Source of the DNA: Candidatus Kerfeldbacteria bacterium
GTDB lineage: Bacteria > Patescibacteriota > Patescibacteriia > SBBC01
Assembly: GCA_043799405.1 (NCBI GenBank)
Contig: JAZDNT010000003.1
Location: 335,461-399,460 of the forward strand
Direction: 5' to 3'
Length of the DNA stretch: 64,000 bases
Position 1 is the stretch's first letter; the number at the start of each line of letters is the position of its first letter. Position numbers and translations under genes: made by a program. Below, in pieces: positions 5,863-15,821 of this stretch. The notes below the pieces were generated by a model, which ran no database searches, was not told the DNA's origin, and saw nothing but the letters and a program-made list of their open reading frames with translations.

Positions 5863-7671
5863 GTGTTCACTCGAATGTTGCATTCGTTACGTACAACCCT
5901 CAACCGGATTTTTCGGCGGAGGGCGTCGGTCGTTCAGGCACCGGATACCCATGCTGACGCTGAACGGCGGATGGTCTACACGCTCGCGAAGTCACGGCTG
6001 CCCACGTTCCGGCAGCTCCGCTACCTCCCGACGGTCGCCTCCTCTACAGAGCGACTTCTGCTGCTTACGCTCAGCGGCTTTGTAATCGTCTCACTGCTCT
6101 TCCTTGGCGCACGGGCGTACGCCCGGAACGTTACCCTTCTTCCCCGCAGCGGAGGCGGGATCGTTGAGGCGATCGTCGGAACGCCGCAGTACTTAAACCC
6201 GATACTCGTCAGCACGAACGATGTCGACCGCGACCTCGTTGCGTTCTTGTATGCCGGCCTCTTCAAGCGAAACGGAGCGCAAAAAATCGAGCCTGACCTT
6301 GCTGAATCATATGAGGTCAGCACTGACAACAAGGTGTACACCGTTCACCTCAGAAAGGGTCTTGCGTGGTCGGACGGAACACCGTTGACATCTGACGATG
6401 TTCTGCTGACGTTCGAACTGATACAAGATTCCCTCTACAAGAGCCCGCTTCGGGGTCAGTTCAAAAACATGAAGGTCGAGCGCCTCGATGAAACCAGCGT
6501 ACGCTTCACGCTCACACAACCGACATCAGCCTTTTTCTCGTCGCTGACGGTCGGCATACTGCCCGCACACATCTGGGGCGACGTGCCGCCACCGAGCTTT
6601 GCGCTCATCGAGTACAACATTAAACCTATCGGTGCCGGACCGTATCAGTTCGAATCGTTGAAGCGCGACGCGAGCACCGGCGCGATCAAAGAGTACCACC
6701 TTGTGAGAAACAAACAGTATCACGGCAGTTGTCCCTACCTCAACGAGTACACGTTCAAGATATTCATGGACACGGAGTCGGCACTGCAGGCCCTCCGTTC
6801 AAAGAAGGTCGATAGCATAAGCGTCGTAACCGCGGAGCAGCGGGCTGAAGCGAAGCAGGTACGGCTCATTGATCTTCAGATTCCGCAGTACACCGCGCTC
6901 TTCATCAATACGAAACGGCCAGTACTAAAAACGATCGAGGTTCGAAACGCGCTCGCTACGGCAGTGGACAGAAACGACCTCGTCTCATCCATACTCCGTG
7001 GCTCCGCGCTCGTGGTCGACGGCCCGATCCCGCCAAACATGCCGGGATACGCAGGCCCGCTACAGCCAGGATTCAACGTCGATGAGGCGAACCGTATTCT
7101 CGAGAATGCGGGCTGGAAACGAACAGACAGCGGAAACGTGCGAAAGAAAGGGAACGACGAGCTCGCATTCTCCCTCAGCGTCTCCGATGTTCCGGAAGAC
7201 CTAGTAATCGCTGAAAAGCTTAAGGCGGCATGGGAAAAAGTCGGAGCGAAGGTCGAGATAAAATCGTTCGATACGTCCCGCATCGCAAAAGAGATCATTA
7301 AACCCCGCAGCTACGATGTGTTCCTCTACGGCGAGATTCTCTCGGTGGACGCCGACCTCTACCCGTTCTGGCACTCAAGTCAGGAACGGGATCCGGGACT
7401 GAACCTGACGAATTTCTACAACAAGGACGCGGACAAGCTGCTCGAGGAACTGAGGACAGCGGTCGATCCTGCCGTCATCGCCGAAAAACGCATCGCTTTC
7501 CAAAAGCTCCTCGCAAAAGACCTGCCGGCAATCTTCCTCTACAGCCCTCTGTATACCTACGGACTCTCGAAGCGGGTAAAGGGTTTCGACGTCGCCTTCG
7601 TTACGAACCCCTCGGACCGGTTCGCAGATATTTCAAAGTGGTACGTAAAGACAAAGATTGCATTCAAGTAG
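5863..7671 (+). CDS. ABC transporter substrate-binding protein, family 5 (peptide/nickel type), membrane-anchored
   Basis: 602 aa with an N-terminal TM anchor and family-5 SBP-like architecture (LNPILVSTNDVDRDL, IKPIGAGPYQF). Confidence 0.7.
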   Translation: MFTRMLHSLRTTLNRIFRRRASVVQAPDTHADAERRMVYTLAKSRLPTFRQLRYLPTVASSTERLLLLTLSGFVIVSLLFLGARAYARNVTLLPRSGGGIVEAIVGTPQYLNPILVSTNDVDRDLVAFLYAGLFKRNGAQKIEPDLAESYEVSTDNKVYTVHLRKGLAWSDGTPLTSDDVLLTFELIQDSLYKSPLRGQFKNMKVERLDETSVRFTLTQPTSAFFSSLTVGILPAHIWGDVPPPSFALIEYNIKPIGAGPYQFESLKRDASTGAIKEYHLVRNKQYHGSCPYLNEYTFKIFMDTESALQALRSKKVDSISVVTAEQRAEAKQVRLIDLQIPQYTALFINTKRPVLKTIEVRNALATAVDRNDLVSSILRGSALVVDGPIPPNMPGYAGPLQPGFNVDEANRILENAGWKRTDSGNVRKKGNDELAFSLSVSDVPEDLVIAEKLKAAWEKVGAKVEIKSFDTSRIAKEIIKPRSYDVFLYGEILSVDADLYPFWHSSQERDPGLNLTNFYNKDADKLLEELRTAVDPAVIAEKRIAFQKLLAKDLPAIFLYSPLYTYGLSKRVKGFDVAFVTNPSDRFADISKWYVKTKIAFK

Positions 7672-7758
7672 GACGGCTGACATTTGACCTTTGACGTGTG
7701 ACACATGACTTGTAACAGTTGTAGGAGATAGAAAGTCAAACATCAAATGTTCTCACAA

Positions 7759-7844
7759 GGGCGAGTGGCGAAATGGCATACGCACTGGCTTCAGGAGCCA
7801 GCGATCGCAAGATCATGGAGGTTCGACTCCTCTCTCGCCCACCA
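7759..7844 (+). tRNA. tRNA-Leu(CAG), type II, CCA encoded
   Basis: Acceptor GGGCGAG/CTCGCCC, anticodon arm CTGGC-TTCAGGA-GCCAG, long variable arm, T-loop TTCGACT, terminal ACCA. Very similar to bacterial tRNA-Leu(CAG). Confidence 0.9.
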
Positions 7845-8702
7845 GAGCGAAGAAGCCGTTGCTTCCGTGAACAGGGAGAACGGCTTGTTCGCTGTGTACA
7901 GCGCTTTTCTCCCGGTGACCCGATAGTTCGACCCGACCACCTCCACGATCTGCCGTTGCTGAACCCGCGTGCCGTCACGGAAGACCTGCGGGGCGTGCAG
8001 CGAGAAGGCGAGGGCCTGGTCCACGCGCTCTAGCAGCGCCTCCGGCGACTCACCGGGTCGGTCGAGCCGTAGCTGCAGCTGCGCGCGGCGGTCCTGAAGC
8101 GCCGTCTTGCGACGCTCGTAGGTCGCGTCGTCGATCGAACCTCGGAGCCGCAGGGTGAGAAGCGTCTCTTCTTCGGCAGCTGCCTGCAGGACGGCATTCT
8201 CCAGCGATTCCCTGGCAGTGCGAAGTTGGCCGACCTCGCCCTCGAGCGAGTGTTTGAGGTTGTCGCGGATCCACCCGGCCGCTTCGGGTGTGAGGCACAT
8301 CCGCTTTAAGTCCTGGGCCAGCTGCTCACGGAGGGTCTCCTCAGGCAACGCCGGCTCGGAGCAGGTCTCGCCGATACGCCTACGGTGACAGCGGTAGTAG
8401 ACGTAGCGCTTGCCGCTCGGCTTGACGTGCGCTTCGGCGACTAACGCCCGGCCGCACGAGGCGCAGTGAAGAAGCCCCGAGAAGGTGAAGTCGTGGTGCA
8501 CCGGCCGGGCTCGACTTGGCCGACCGAGCAACTCCTGCGCGCGTTCGAACTCCTCGGGCGCGACCATCGGCACGTGAGCGCCCTTGTAGGCCTCGCCGCT
8601 GACGTCGGCGTCCTCCTCGAGGAGATGCGCAACGATGGCAGTTGGGTCCGCCAGTGGCGCCGCGCCGCCATCGAGTACGCCAAGTAGCACCTGGTTGTCC
8701 AC
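7791..8702 (-). pseudogene. Large serine recombinase, C-terminal fragment only (zinc beta-ribbon plus coiled coil); catalytic resolvase domain missing
   Basis: FSGLLHCASCGRALVAEAH...KRYVYYRCHRR zinc-ribbon and a long coiled-coil tail. No N-terminal catalytic Ser domain in any upstream frame. The last ~18 codons read through the complement of tRNA-Leu. Confidence 0.7.
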
Positions 8703-8852
8703 TTCCAGGGAGCACGGAGCGCGCCACGCTCGGCTTGCGTCAACGGGACAAGTACTGACTGCACATGTTCGACGCTTTGGCGCTCGCGGTGGCAGCGAGT
8801 CAAGCCGTTCCGCGGGACGCTCGGGAACCCAAAGCCGCTCAGGGATAATAGA

Positions 8853-8881
8853 AGCCCCCGACTCTTCGCAGAGCGGGGGCT
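8853..8881 (-). terminator. Hairpin terminator downstream of the FG-GAP gene
   Basis: AGCCCCC...GGGGGCT is a 7-bp GC stem, followed on the minus strand by TCTATTAT. Confidence 0.45.
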
Positions 8882-8905
8882 TGTTTCCAGAGCGAGGACC
8901 TGTCG

Positions 8906-10959
8906 TCAGTCGAGGACTACGACCTTCACGGTGGCCGTGTGAAGGGTGGACCGAAACGCGATGAAGTACACGCCGCGTGCCACCCGTCCTCCACGGGGGC
9001 TGTTTCGGTTCCAGGAAAGAACGTGCTCACCGACGCCGTACTGCCCTTCGGCGAACGTAGCCACCTCGCGCCCGCTCACGTCGAAGATCGAGATGCTGAC
9101 CCGATCAGCGACCGGCAGGGTGAAGCTGATGTTGACGCTCGAGATCGCCGGATTCGGTGCCGCCCACAGCCTGAATGAAGAGTTGGTGATTGGCGGTGGT
9201 CCATCATCCGGAGGGGCGGGCCGCGCCGAGGAGCCGCCGCCCCAGCCTCCGAGCCAGCCGCTGCTGGAAGGAGAGAATCCCGAGCCGGAACTGGTGGCCT
9301 CGAACCATTGCCCATAGGCTGGCTCATACAGCACGACGTCGCACTTGCCGTCGCCAGTGAAGTCTCCGGAGAGCGCCCGGTATGCGGTTGCATTCGCCCC
9401 CCATGGTCCCATCCAAGCAGACGATGCCGGGGTGAAGGCGCTGCCAGTCGAGGTGGCGACGAACCATCCGCCAGTTGCCATCTCGTACAGGCAGACGTCG
9501 TAGAGCCCGTCGCCGGAAAAGTCGCCGGTCAGGTTCTGGTAGGCGGTAGCGTTGGCTCCCCAGCTTCCGAGCCACCCACTCCCTGAAGGCGAAAAGCTCG
9601 ACCCAGTGCTGCTGGCTTCGAACCACTGACCGTACGCTGGCTCGTACAACCCGACGTCCCAGGCTGCTCCGCTGTTGAACTTGCCAGTGATAGCCCGGTA
9701 CGCAGTGGCATTGGCTCCCCAGTTGGCAAGCCAGCCTTGCGACGTGGGCGTAAACGCTGAACCGTCCGACGTCGCCACGAACCACTGTCCGTAGGCAGGT
9801 TCATACAAACCCACATCGCACTTTCCGTCTCCGTTGAAATCACCGGAGATTGCCTTGTACGCGGTGGCGTTTGCGCCCCAGCCACCAAGCCACGCCGTTC
9901 CGGCAGGCACGAACGCTGAACCGTTCGACGTCGCCACAAACCACCCGCCGGTCGCGGCTTCGTACAAGCATACGTCGCACTTGCCGTCCCCGTTGAAGTC
10001 GCCGGTCAGAGGTTGGTAGGCGGTGAGGTTTGCTCCCCAGCTCCCGAGCCATCCGCTTCCCGAAGGCGCGAAACTTGAACCCGAACTGGTTGCTTCAAAC
10101 CATTGCCCGTTGGCTGGCTCGTACAGCACGACGTCGCACTTGCCGTCGCCAGTGAAGTCTCCGGCGAGCGGCACATAGCGGTCCACGGCGCTGATTTGGA
10201 ATGCTGCTCCCTGCCAGTCTTCCAGGAGTCCTCCGGTTGTGTGGTACGGACGGAAGTACACCCACGTCGTCCCTGACGCGGCATCTGAAGGAACCTTACC
10301 TGTGAAGGTGAATGTGGCCGTTCCTTCGGGCGCAACGCTTGTGAACCCGACGGCGTGTGGTTCTGGATGTAGCTGATCGCGTCAACGAAGCCGTATGTGG
10401 GAAGCGTACCGATGTCGTTGTCCCAGTTCGCTGGAATGGGAGCCCGCCCAAGGTGGCTTGGCAAGCTAATGCTAGGATGGACCCCAAAGTGAAGATGGTT
10501 ACCATCTGACCAATGCCCGATTGTGCCGAACTGAACTCCAGCGGTAACCGTACTATTGACTTGAACAGAAGTTCTTACGTGTCCGTAAAAAGCGAGAAAC
10601 TGTGTGTCGTCAGAGAGGGTGTGCTTCACGACAACGCATACATTGCAATAGCCTTGGTCGTTAGGGCAGCACTGAGTGGAGCCGCCATTGTCACAAGAGT
10701 TGCTCCATCCACCGTCGCTGATGTAGTACACTACTCCATCAGCAATCGCATAGACAGGATCGCCATAGTCCGCAGCGATATCCTTACCGAGGTGGTAGTA
10801 GTTGGGGAAGTACGCAGGCGGCACAGCGAGCCAACCCGCATAGTTGCCAAGGCTACTGGTTCCAGTTGGGTAGTAGAAACCTGTTGAGGTTTGAGCCAAC
10901 CCGAAAGCGTTCGAGCAGACAAGCATGAACAACAACACGAACAACAGCACCCTTGCCAT
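8906..10959 (-). pseudogene. Secreted M23 peptidase - 7x FG-GAP-like repeat - T9SS-type C-terminal domain protein, split by one frameshift
   Basis: Track ORF 10006..10959 has a signal peptide and M23 motifs (YHLGKDIAADYGDPVYAIADG, HLHFGVHP). Track ORF 8906..10261 has seven GDFxGDGKCDV...WF repeats and a tail resembling the T9SS type A sorting or FlgD-Ig domain. The second frame stays open upstream to 10371, so a single 1-nt shift joins them. Confidence 0.7.
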
Positions 10960-11047
10960 TCGTTCCTCCTGCTGTTAGCGAAGTCCGCTGGGTTTCAAAC
11001 CGCGTCGTTCTATATTGTCAGCGAGCCCTTGTCGTAGGCTATGCAAG

Positions 11048-11710
11048 CTATTGTATGTGTATTGAGCTTACGATTTGTTCGAAAACCTGAGTCAAGGTAG
11101 TCTTGCCAACTGTCGCACCAGCCGTCTGCTCCAATGCGTCCCCAACATAGCCGATAGTCACGGACCTTTTGTTGTCAGCCAAGGTAAAGATGTAGAATGG
11201 GCTATGGCCAGTGGTTGAATACGCCTTATATCCTGAATAGCCATTAATTGTTACCCGTGTCTTGTTTGCCGAAGGTAGTGCAGCAACGTAGGCATCGGCA
11301 GTTTGCTGAACGGTGCCAACCGAAACGGGATAATCTACCGAACCTTCAAGGTAGAAGGTGGTGTCTTGTGGAGTAAGCCGCGGTGCTGCTCCCACCTCCT
11401 GAACGAGAGTCCAGGTTGAGGGATAGCGAAGTGAGAAGCCATCGCCAGTGTACTCATGGCTAGTAGAAGTGTTGGCAGTGCTAGTGTCATTGGTTGAGGA
11501 AGTGTCGATAGTTGTGTGGTTAGTGAGTATGGGGGAGGATGTATTCGCATTGTTCGTGTTGTGAGATGTGGTGGTGGGGGGAGTCGGGTGGGGGGTCCGG
11601 CCAAACGCGTACCAAGCGGCGAGGCCGGCGATGACGATGATAACTACGGCGATGACGAGGAGCGGAGCAGAAGAGCGGGGACGGAGTTGGGAAGATGGAG
11701 CAGTAGGCAT
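11048..11710 (-). CDS. Membrane-anchored hypothetical protein with a Thr/Ser/Asn-rich linker
   Basis: 220 aa with a TM (LLVIAVVIIVIAGLAAWYAF), a low-complexity T/S/N linker and a globular C-terminal domain. Lower GC than its neighbours. Confidence 0.55.
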   Translation of the reverse strand: MPTAPSSQLRPRSSAPLLVIAVVIIVIAGLAAWYAFGRTPHPTPPTTTSHNTNNANTSSPILTNHTTIDTSSTNDTSTANTSTSHEYTGDGFSLRYPSTWTLVQEVGAAPRLTPQDTTFYLEGSVDYPVSVGTVQQTADAYVAALPSANKTRVTINGYSGYKAYSTTGHSPFYIFTLADNKRSVTIGYVGDALEQTAGATVGKTTLTQVFEQIVSSIHIQ

Positions 11711-12198
11711 GGTAAGGAGAGGATCAATAATAGATGTAGCTACCTACACCATGGCACGTGCACGGGCGGCGTCAAGAGGGTGTTGAGAGAGAGAGTGTGG
11801 GGCGTGCGGAGCCGGCCATTGGGGCGACGCGCGAGCGGGGTGGCTGGTATTGCACAAGGGGGCGCGCTGCGTGCGCGTGGACCCGCCTACAGTCAGGAGG
11901 CTTTGAGGGCTACGCTTGGTGGTGTTGTCGCACCTCATGCCTCGCGGTGATCCCCGCCCCCTGACAAGGAGGCCTTCCCATGAAGGCCGATCAGCACATC
12001 CGCACGGTGGAAACCCACGACCGCGCCGGGAACGTCGACCACCAGCCGCCTGCCACGTGTGGTTCTCAGCTGCCTGCGTGTGATCCAGTTACTTGACGAC
12101 GACAGCAACACGGTGATCCTCGACACGGCCCGGCAGCAGCTGCGCGGGCTGCAGGGAGCATCGGACGATGCTAGTCCGACTGGCCCGGCTGGGCTACA

Positions 12199-13392
12199 AT
12201 GCAGACATCCATGACTAAACAAGAAGCATACGTCGAGCCAGCGATTCTACGGTGGGCACGAGAGAAGTCCTCGCTGCCTTCTTCTTTGGTCGCCAAGCGT
12301 GTCGGCGTGCCTCCCGAGCGTCTCGACGAGTGGGAGCAGGGCAAGAGCAGACCAACGGTCCGCCAGACGCGCGTCCTCGCCCGCATCTATGGTCACCTCG
12401 CGCTGGCTGTGTTCTATCTACCAGAGCCGCCACGTGACTTCACTCCTCTGAAGGACTTCCGTCGGTTGGCAACCGCAACACCGCAATCGATCTCGCCGGA
12501 GCTGCTCTTTGAGTATCGTTCGGCTCAGGACCGGAGGGAAATCGCGCTAAGCCTGTTTGAAGAGCTCAGAGAAGAGCCACCAACCTTCACTCTGACTGCG
12601 CACGTCGGCGAGAACGTCGCTAGCGTCGCTGCCAGAATCCGGAGTTCCCTCGAGGTCTCGTACGAAACCCAGAAGCGCTGGCACACCAACAACGAAGCCT
12701 TCAACGCCTGGCGTGCTTCACTAGAAGGGGCGGGAGTACTCGTCTTTCAAGCAGTCGGCATCGCTGTAAGGGAGATGCGCGGGCTATCGATTAGCGATCG
12801 CCCGCTTCCTGCTGTGGTGGTCAACCGCAAGGACGCTTATGCCGGGCGGATCTTCAGCGCGCTGCATGAAGTTGCGCACATCATGTTGCGTGGGGGTGGG
12901 GTGTGCGACATGCGTGACGATCGCCGATTGCCCCCAGATGAACTCGCAATCGAGATGTTCTGCAACGCTGTGGCAGGAGAGACCATCGTCCCAAGCGAGA
13001 CGCTAAGCCACGAGCGGATTGTTGCCGCGCACTCCAATCTGGAGTGGACCGACGATGAACTGGCTCGGCTTGCCCAGATCTACTCCACCAGCAAGGAGGT
13101 TGTGCTCCGACGATTGCTGTCCATGCGCCGCACGACGGATGCATTCTACAGACGCAAGCGGGAACAGTTCATCAGGGAATTGGAGGATCAGGAGCGATCT
13201 CGCGGCAAGAAGACGAAGCCCGGCTTCCTGACTCCGGACGTTGAGGTTGTGAGCCAGACGGGGAAGGGTTTCGTCAGGCTGACCTTGGAGGCGTTTCGCC
13301 AAGGACGCATCACGGCAAGCACACTCTCCGACTACTTGGGCGTGCGACTGAAGCACATCCCGTCGATTGAGGAAATGGTCCAAACCCGATGA
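12199..13392 (+). CDS. XRE-family HTH fused to an ImmA/IrrE-type zinc metallopeptidase
   Basis: N-terminal HTH (LVAKRVGVPPERLDEWEQGKSRPTVRQTRVLARIY) and an HExxH motif (LHEVAHIML). The real start may be the ATG at 12211, just after a TACAAT box at 12194-12199. Confidence 0.75.
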   Translation: MQTSMTKQEAYVEPAILRWAREKSSLPSSLVAKRVGVPPERLDEWEQGKSRPTVRQTRVLARIYGHLALAVFYLPEPPRDFTPLKDFRRLATATPQSISPELLFEYRSAQDRREIALSLFEELREEPPTFTLTAHVGENVASVAARIRSSLEVSYETQKRWHTNNEAFNAWRASLEGAGVLVFQAVGIAVREMRGLSISDRPLPAVVVNRKDAYAGRIFSALHEVAHIMLRGGGVCDMRDDRRLPPDELAIEMFCNAVAGETIVPSETLSHERIVAAHSNLEWTDDELARLAQIYSTSKEVVLRRLLSMRRTTDAFYRRKREQFIRELEDQERSRGKKTKPGFLTPDVEVVSQTGKGFVRLTLEAFRQGRITASTLSDYLGVRLKHIPSIEEMVQTR

Positions 13393-13886
13393 GCGAAGTA
13401 GCCCCCACTCCGAAATACAGCATGGACTCCAGCGCGCTGATCTACGCGTGGGGCTATGCCTACCCGCTCGAGGCATTCGGAGGGTTCTGGGAGAACCTTG
13501 AGGGGCTCGGTCGTGAAGGGCGACTCTTGGTCTCGGAAGAGGTGCTCGAGGAAGTCCAGCGCAAGGACGACGGGCTACACAAGTGGTTGAAACAGAGAGA
13601 TAGCTTAGTTGCGAGCCATACAGGTGAAGTGCAGCTTGCGGTCAAGGAGATCCTGAAGTCGCATCGGTTGTTGCTGAATGCGGGAACCGGCAAGTCTGGC
13701 GGGGATCCGTTTGTCGTAGCCGTTGCGCGCGTTCACGGTTGTTGCGTGGTGTCGGAGGAACAAGTAAGCGATTCCCCTAAGCGAATAAAGATTCCCAACG
13801 TATGCCGCGACTACCGCGTGAAGTGTATCCCGCTAGTGAGGATGATTCTGGCCGAGGGGTGGCGCTTCGGTGGTCAGGGGACGTGA
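13389..13886 (+). CDS. DUF4411-like (PIN-like nuclease fold) protein, coupled partner of the ImmA gene
   Basis: ATGA start/stop overlap with the upstream gene. YSMDSSALI N-terminus and GGDPFVVAVARVHGCCVVSEE motif, as I recall for DUF4411. Confidence 0.6.
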   Translation: MSEVAPTPKYSMDSSALIYAWGYAYPLEAFGGFWENLEGLGREGRLLVSEEVLEEVQRKDDGLHKWLKQRDSLVASHTGEVQLAVKEILKSHRLLLNAGTGKSGGDPFVVAVARVHGCCVVSEEQVSDSPKRIKIPNVCRDYRVKCIPLVRMILAEGWRFGGQGT

Positions 13887-15617
13887 TTAACCCGCATCAA
13901 TCTTGTCCGAAGCCGAGCGAGTAGAGCCGGCCAACCAGCCGAGAACTTCAGGCACCGGATCGGGAATTGCGAGGCTTGCATCAGAGGCCATGAGCCGGGC
14001 TCGAGTAGGCTTCCCCATGTTGGGACGCTTCTGACACTCAGCTTGGTAGGTCGTCTCGCCAATCGTCCGTCTGAGATGATCTTCAAAGTTGCGAGATAGT
14101 CGCCAGACCCGCACGGTGCCGTCCGGTCGCTCGAGGCGCTGAAGCTCTGCGTTGAACGTCTTCTCTTCGTCGCGTTTGCCTTCAAAGTCCGACGAGTCTG
14201 AGTCGAACACAATCCCCACAGGGATTCCGAACGACGACGCGATCGCTCCGAACTCAGGCAAATTGCGTTTGCCGCCAACCTCCACGATTGTCGCGCCTTC
14301 GCGATCGAGATCGAGTCCGAGACGCTGTGCGTACTCCGGAAAGGCCAGCTTCTCAGTATCGCCCTCGACGAAGAGCACCTTGGTAGCGAAGAACAACTCA
14401 TTCCGCTCAGGGTCCAGCTCCTTCAAGAGCTTCTCTCTGCGCCTCGAATCGGTCGGCAGGGCAGAAGAGGTGACAGTCGTACCGTTCTTTCCGTTTCGGA
14501 AGAGCACGACCTCGTGATAGTCGGGGACGGCAACGAAGTGAGGCGAATGCGTGGCGTAGATGACCTGGTTGGTTTGGCCAATCTCACGGAGGGTACGGTA
14601 GAGCGACCGCTGCATCTGTGGGTGGAGGAACATCTCCGGTTCTTCGATCAGGATGATCGCGCCTTTCCTTCGGTGCTGCTCAAAGGCCCTGAGGATTGCG
14701 AGAACGATGGCGTTCTGGATACCTTCGCCAAGTTCGGTAGCACTGATCGTGAACTCGCCCTCACGCACCCGAAGGTCGAGAGACTTGTAGAAGTCCATCG
14801 ACTCAAACGGGGAAAAGAAGAAATCAAGCCTTTCCGAGTCTGTCGCAGGATCAAACCCCAACTGTCGAAGTGCATTGTCCTTGATGGTCTTCTCGAGCAA
14901 CTCAAGATCGGTCGTGCGGAGCACGTCGAGAACGTCCTTCATCAGCGATTGAAACCGTTCAGCCCTGGAGGTCTCAATCGGTATGCCGTCAGGACCGGGC
15001 ACGGCAATCGTGCTCTTGGGATCATGTAGAGCACGGTCGATGTCCTCGAGCAGTGGCCGCAGGAGGGAGAAGCGCGCTCCCGGAAGGTGTTCCTTGAGAC
15101 TCCGATTAGTCCCGATGTACACAAGAGGAACTGCATCCCTGACCTCGCTCGGAATGCCGACGACCGGCTCGTACTGATATGCGACGCCCTTCGTCGGCTT
15201 CTTCCCGACGATCAGCGGCTTTGCGCCCTTTGCGTCGCGGCATTCTTGCTCCAATCGCCGTTCGCCCTTCTGGGCACCAATCTTGTAGCGGGTGTACTTG
15301 AACGAGACGCTGTGGATCGCGGCTGGAGGAGTCCCGTAGATCTTCCCGTAGGACACGGGGGAGTCGAACGTAAGCACGATCTCGATGTCGCGGGCGGAAT
15401 CACGCAGGTACACGTCGTCTTCCGAGAACGAGGACGCACTGACCCAATCACGACCCATGACACGTTGAATCGCGTGCAGAAGGTTGCTCTTGCCAGAGTT
15501 GTTTGGGCCGACGAGCGCACAGACCTGTGGCAAGTCGAGATCGACGTTTCGGAGGGAACGGAATCCCTTGATGGTGACGTGCGAGAGCTTCATGCCCATA
15601 GCACACCACCAAATCAC
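13887..15617 (-). CDS. OLD-family ATP-dependent nuclease (ABC-type ATPase plus Toprim), stand-alone
   Basis: Walker A GPNNSGKS, Walker B region ILIEEPEMFLHP, Toprim VLFVEGDTEKLAF and FDSDS. Its stop abuts the DUF4411 stop (convergent). The start is probably at MKLSHVTIKGF near 15593. Confidence 0.8.
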   Translation of the reverse strand: MIWWCAMGMKLSHVTIKGFRSLRNVDLDLPQVCALVGPNNSGKSNLLHAIQRVMGRDWVSASSFSEDDVYLRDSARDIEIVLTFDSPVSYGKIYGTPPAAIHSVSFKYTRYKIGAQKGERRLEQECRDAKGAKPLIVGKKPTKGVAYQYEPVVGIPSEVRDAVPLVYIGTNRSLKEHLPGARFSLLRPLLEDIDRALHDPKSTIAVPGPDGIPIETSRAERFQSLMKDVLDVLRTTDLELLEKTIKDNALRQLGFDPATDSERLDFFFSPFESMDFYKSLDLRVREGEFTISATELGEGIQNAIVLAILRAFEQHRRKGAIILIEEPEMFLHPQMQRSLYRTLREIGQTNQVIYATHSPHFVAVPDYHEVVLFRNGKNGTTVTSSALPTDSRRREKLLKELDPERNELFFATKVLFVEGDTEKLAFPEYAQRLGLDLDREGATIVEVGGKRNLPEFGAIASSFGIPVGIVFDSDSSDFEGKRDEEKTFNAELQRLERPDGTVRVWRLSRNFEDHLRRTIGETTYQAECQKRPNMGKPTRARLMASDASLAIPDPVPEVLGWLAGSTRSASDKIDAG

Positions 15618-15790
15618 CCTCGTGTCTAGACCGAAGAGTCACCTCGGGGTTCAGGACGGAAGGGCACAGCACGAGCTCACGTGCGTGCCTCCACCCCCTA
15701 GGCAGCCGCCTTTGTCTTTGTCATACTGCGTTTGCGTCTCCGGAAACGACGTAAATCCAGCAGGAAGACATCGCGGGTATTGAGCAGCCA

Positions 15791-15821
15791 AGTTCGAACG
15801 TCCTCCGCCACGGTCCACCAA
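15791..15821 (+). repeat. Degenerate tRNA 3'-end-like fragment at the right edge of the GC-rich island
   Basis: AGTTCGAACGTCCTCCGCCACGGTCCACCAA. The last 12 nt (ACGGTCCACCAA) are identical to the 3' end of tRNA-Ala (15967-15978). Confidence 0.55.

Noticed and set aside
11980-12096. SD-led 38-aa ORF (MKADQHIRTVETHDRAGNVDHQPPATCGSQLPACDPVT) upstream of the ImmA gene
   Set aside because: It has a good AAGGAGG site, but there is no motif and no conservation evidence available. It could be a remnant of a decayed island gene.
13887-15617. The OLD-family nuclease considered as GajA of a Gabija system, or as PARIS or a retron-associated OLD
   Set aside because: There is no adjacent UvrD-like helicase, DUF4435 partner or reverse transcriptase/msr-msd. 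The gene downstream of its 3' end is the convergent DUF4411 gene. I called it stand-alone (class 1-like).
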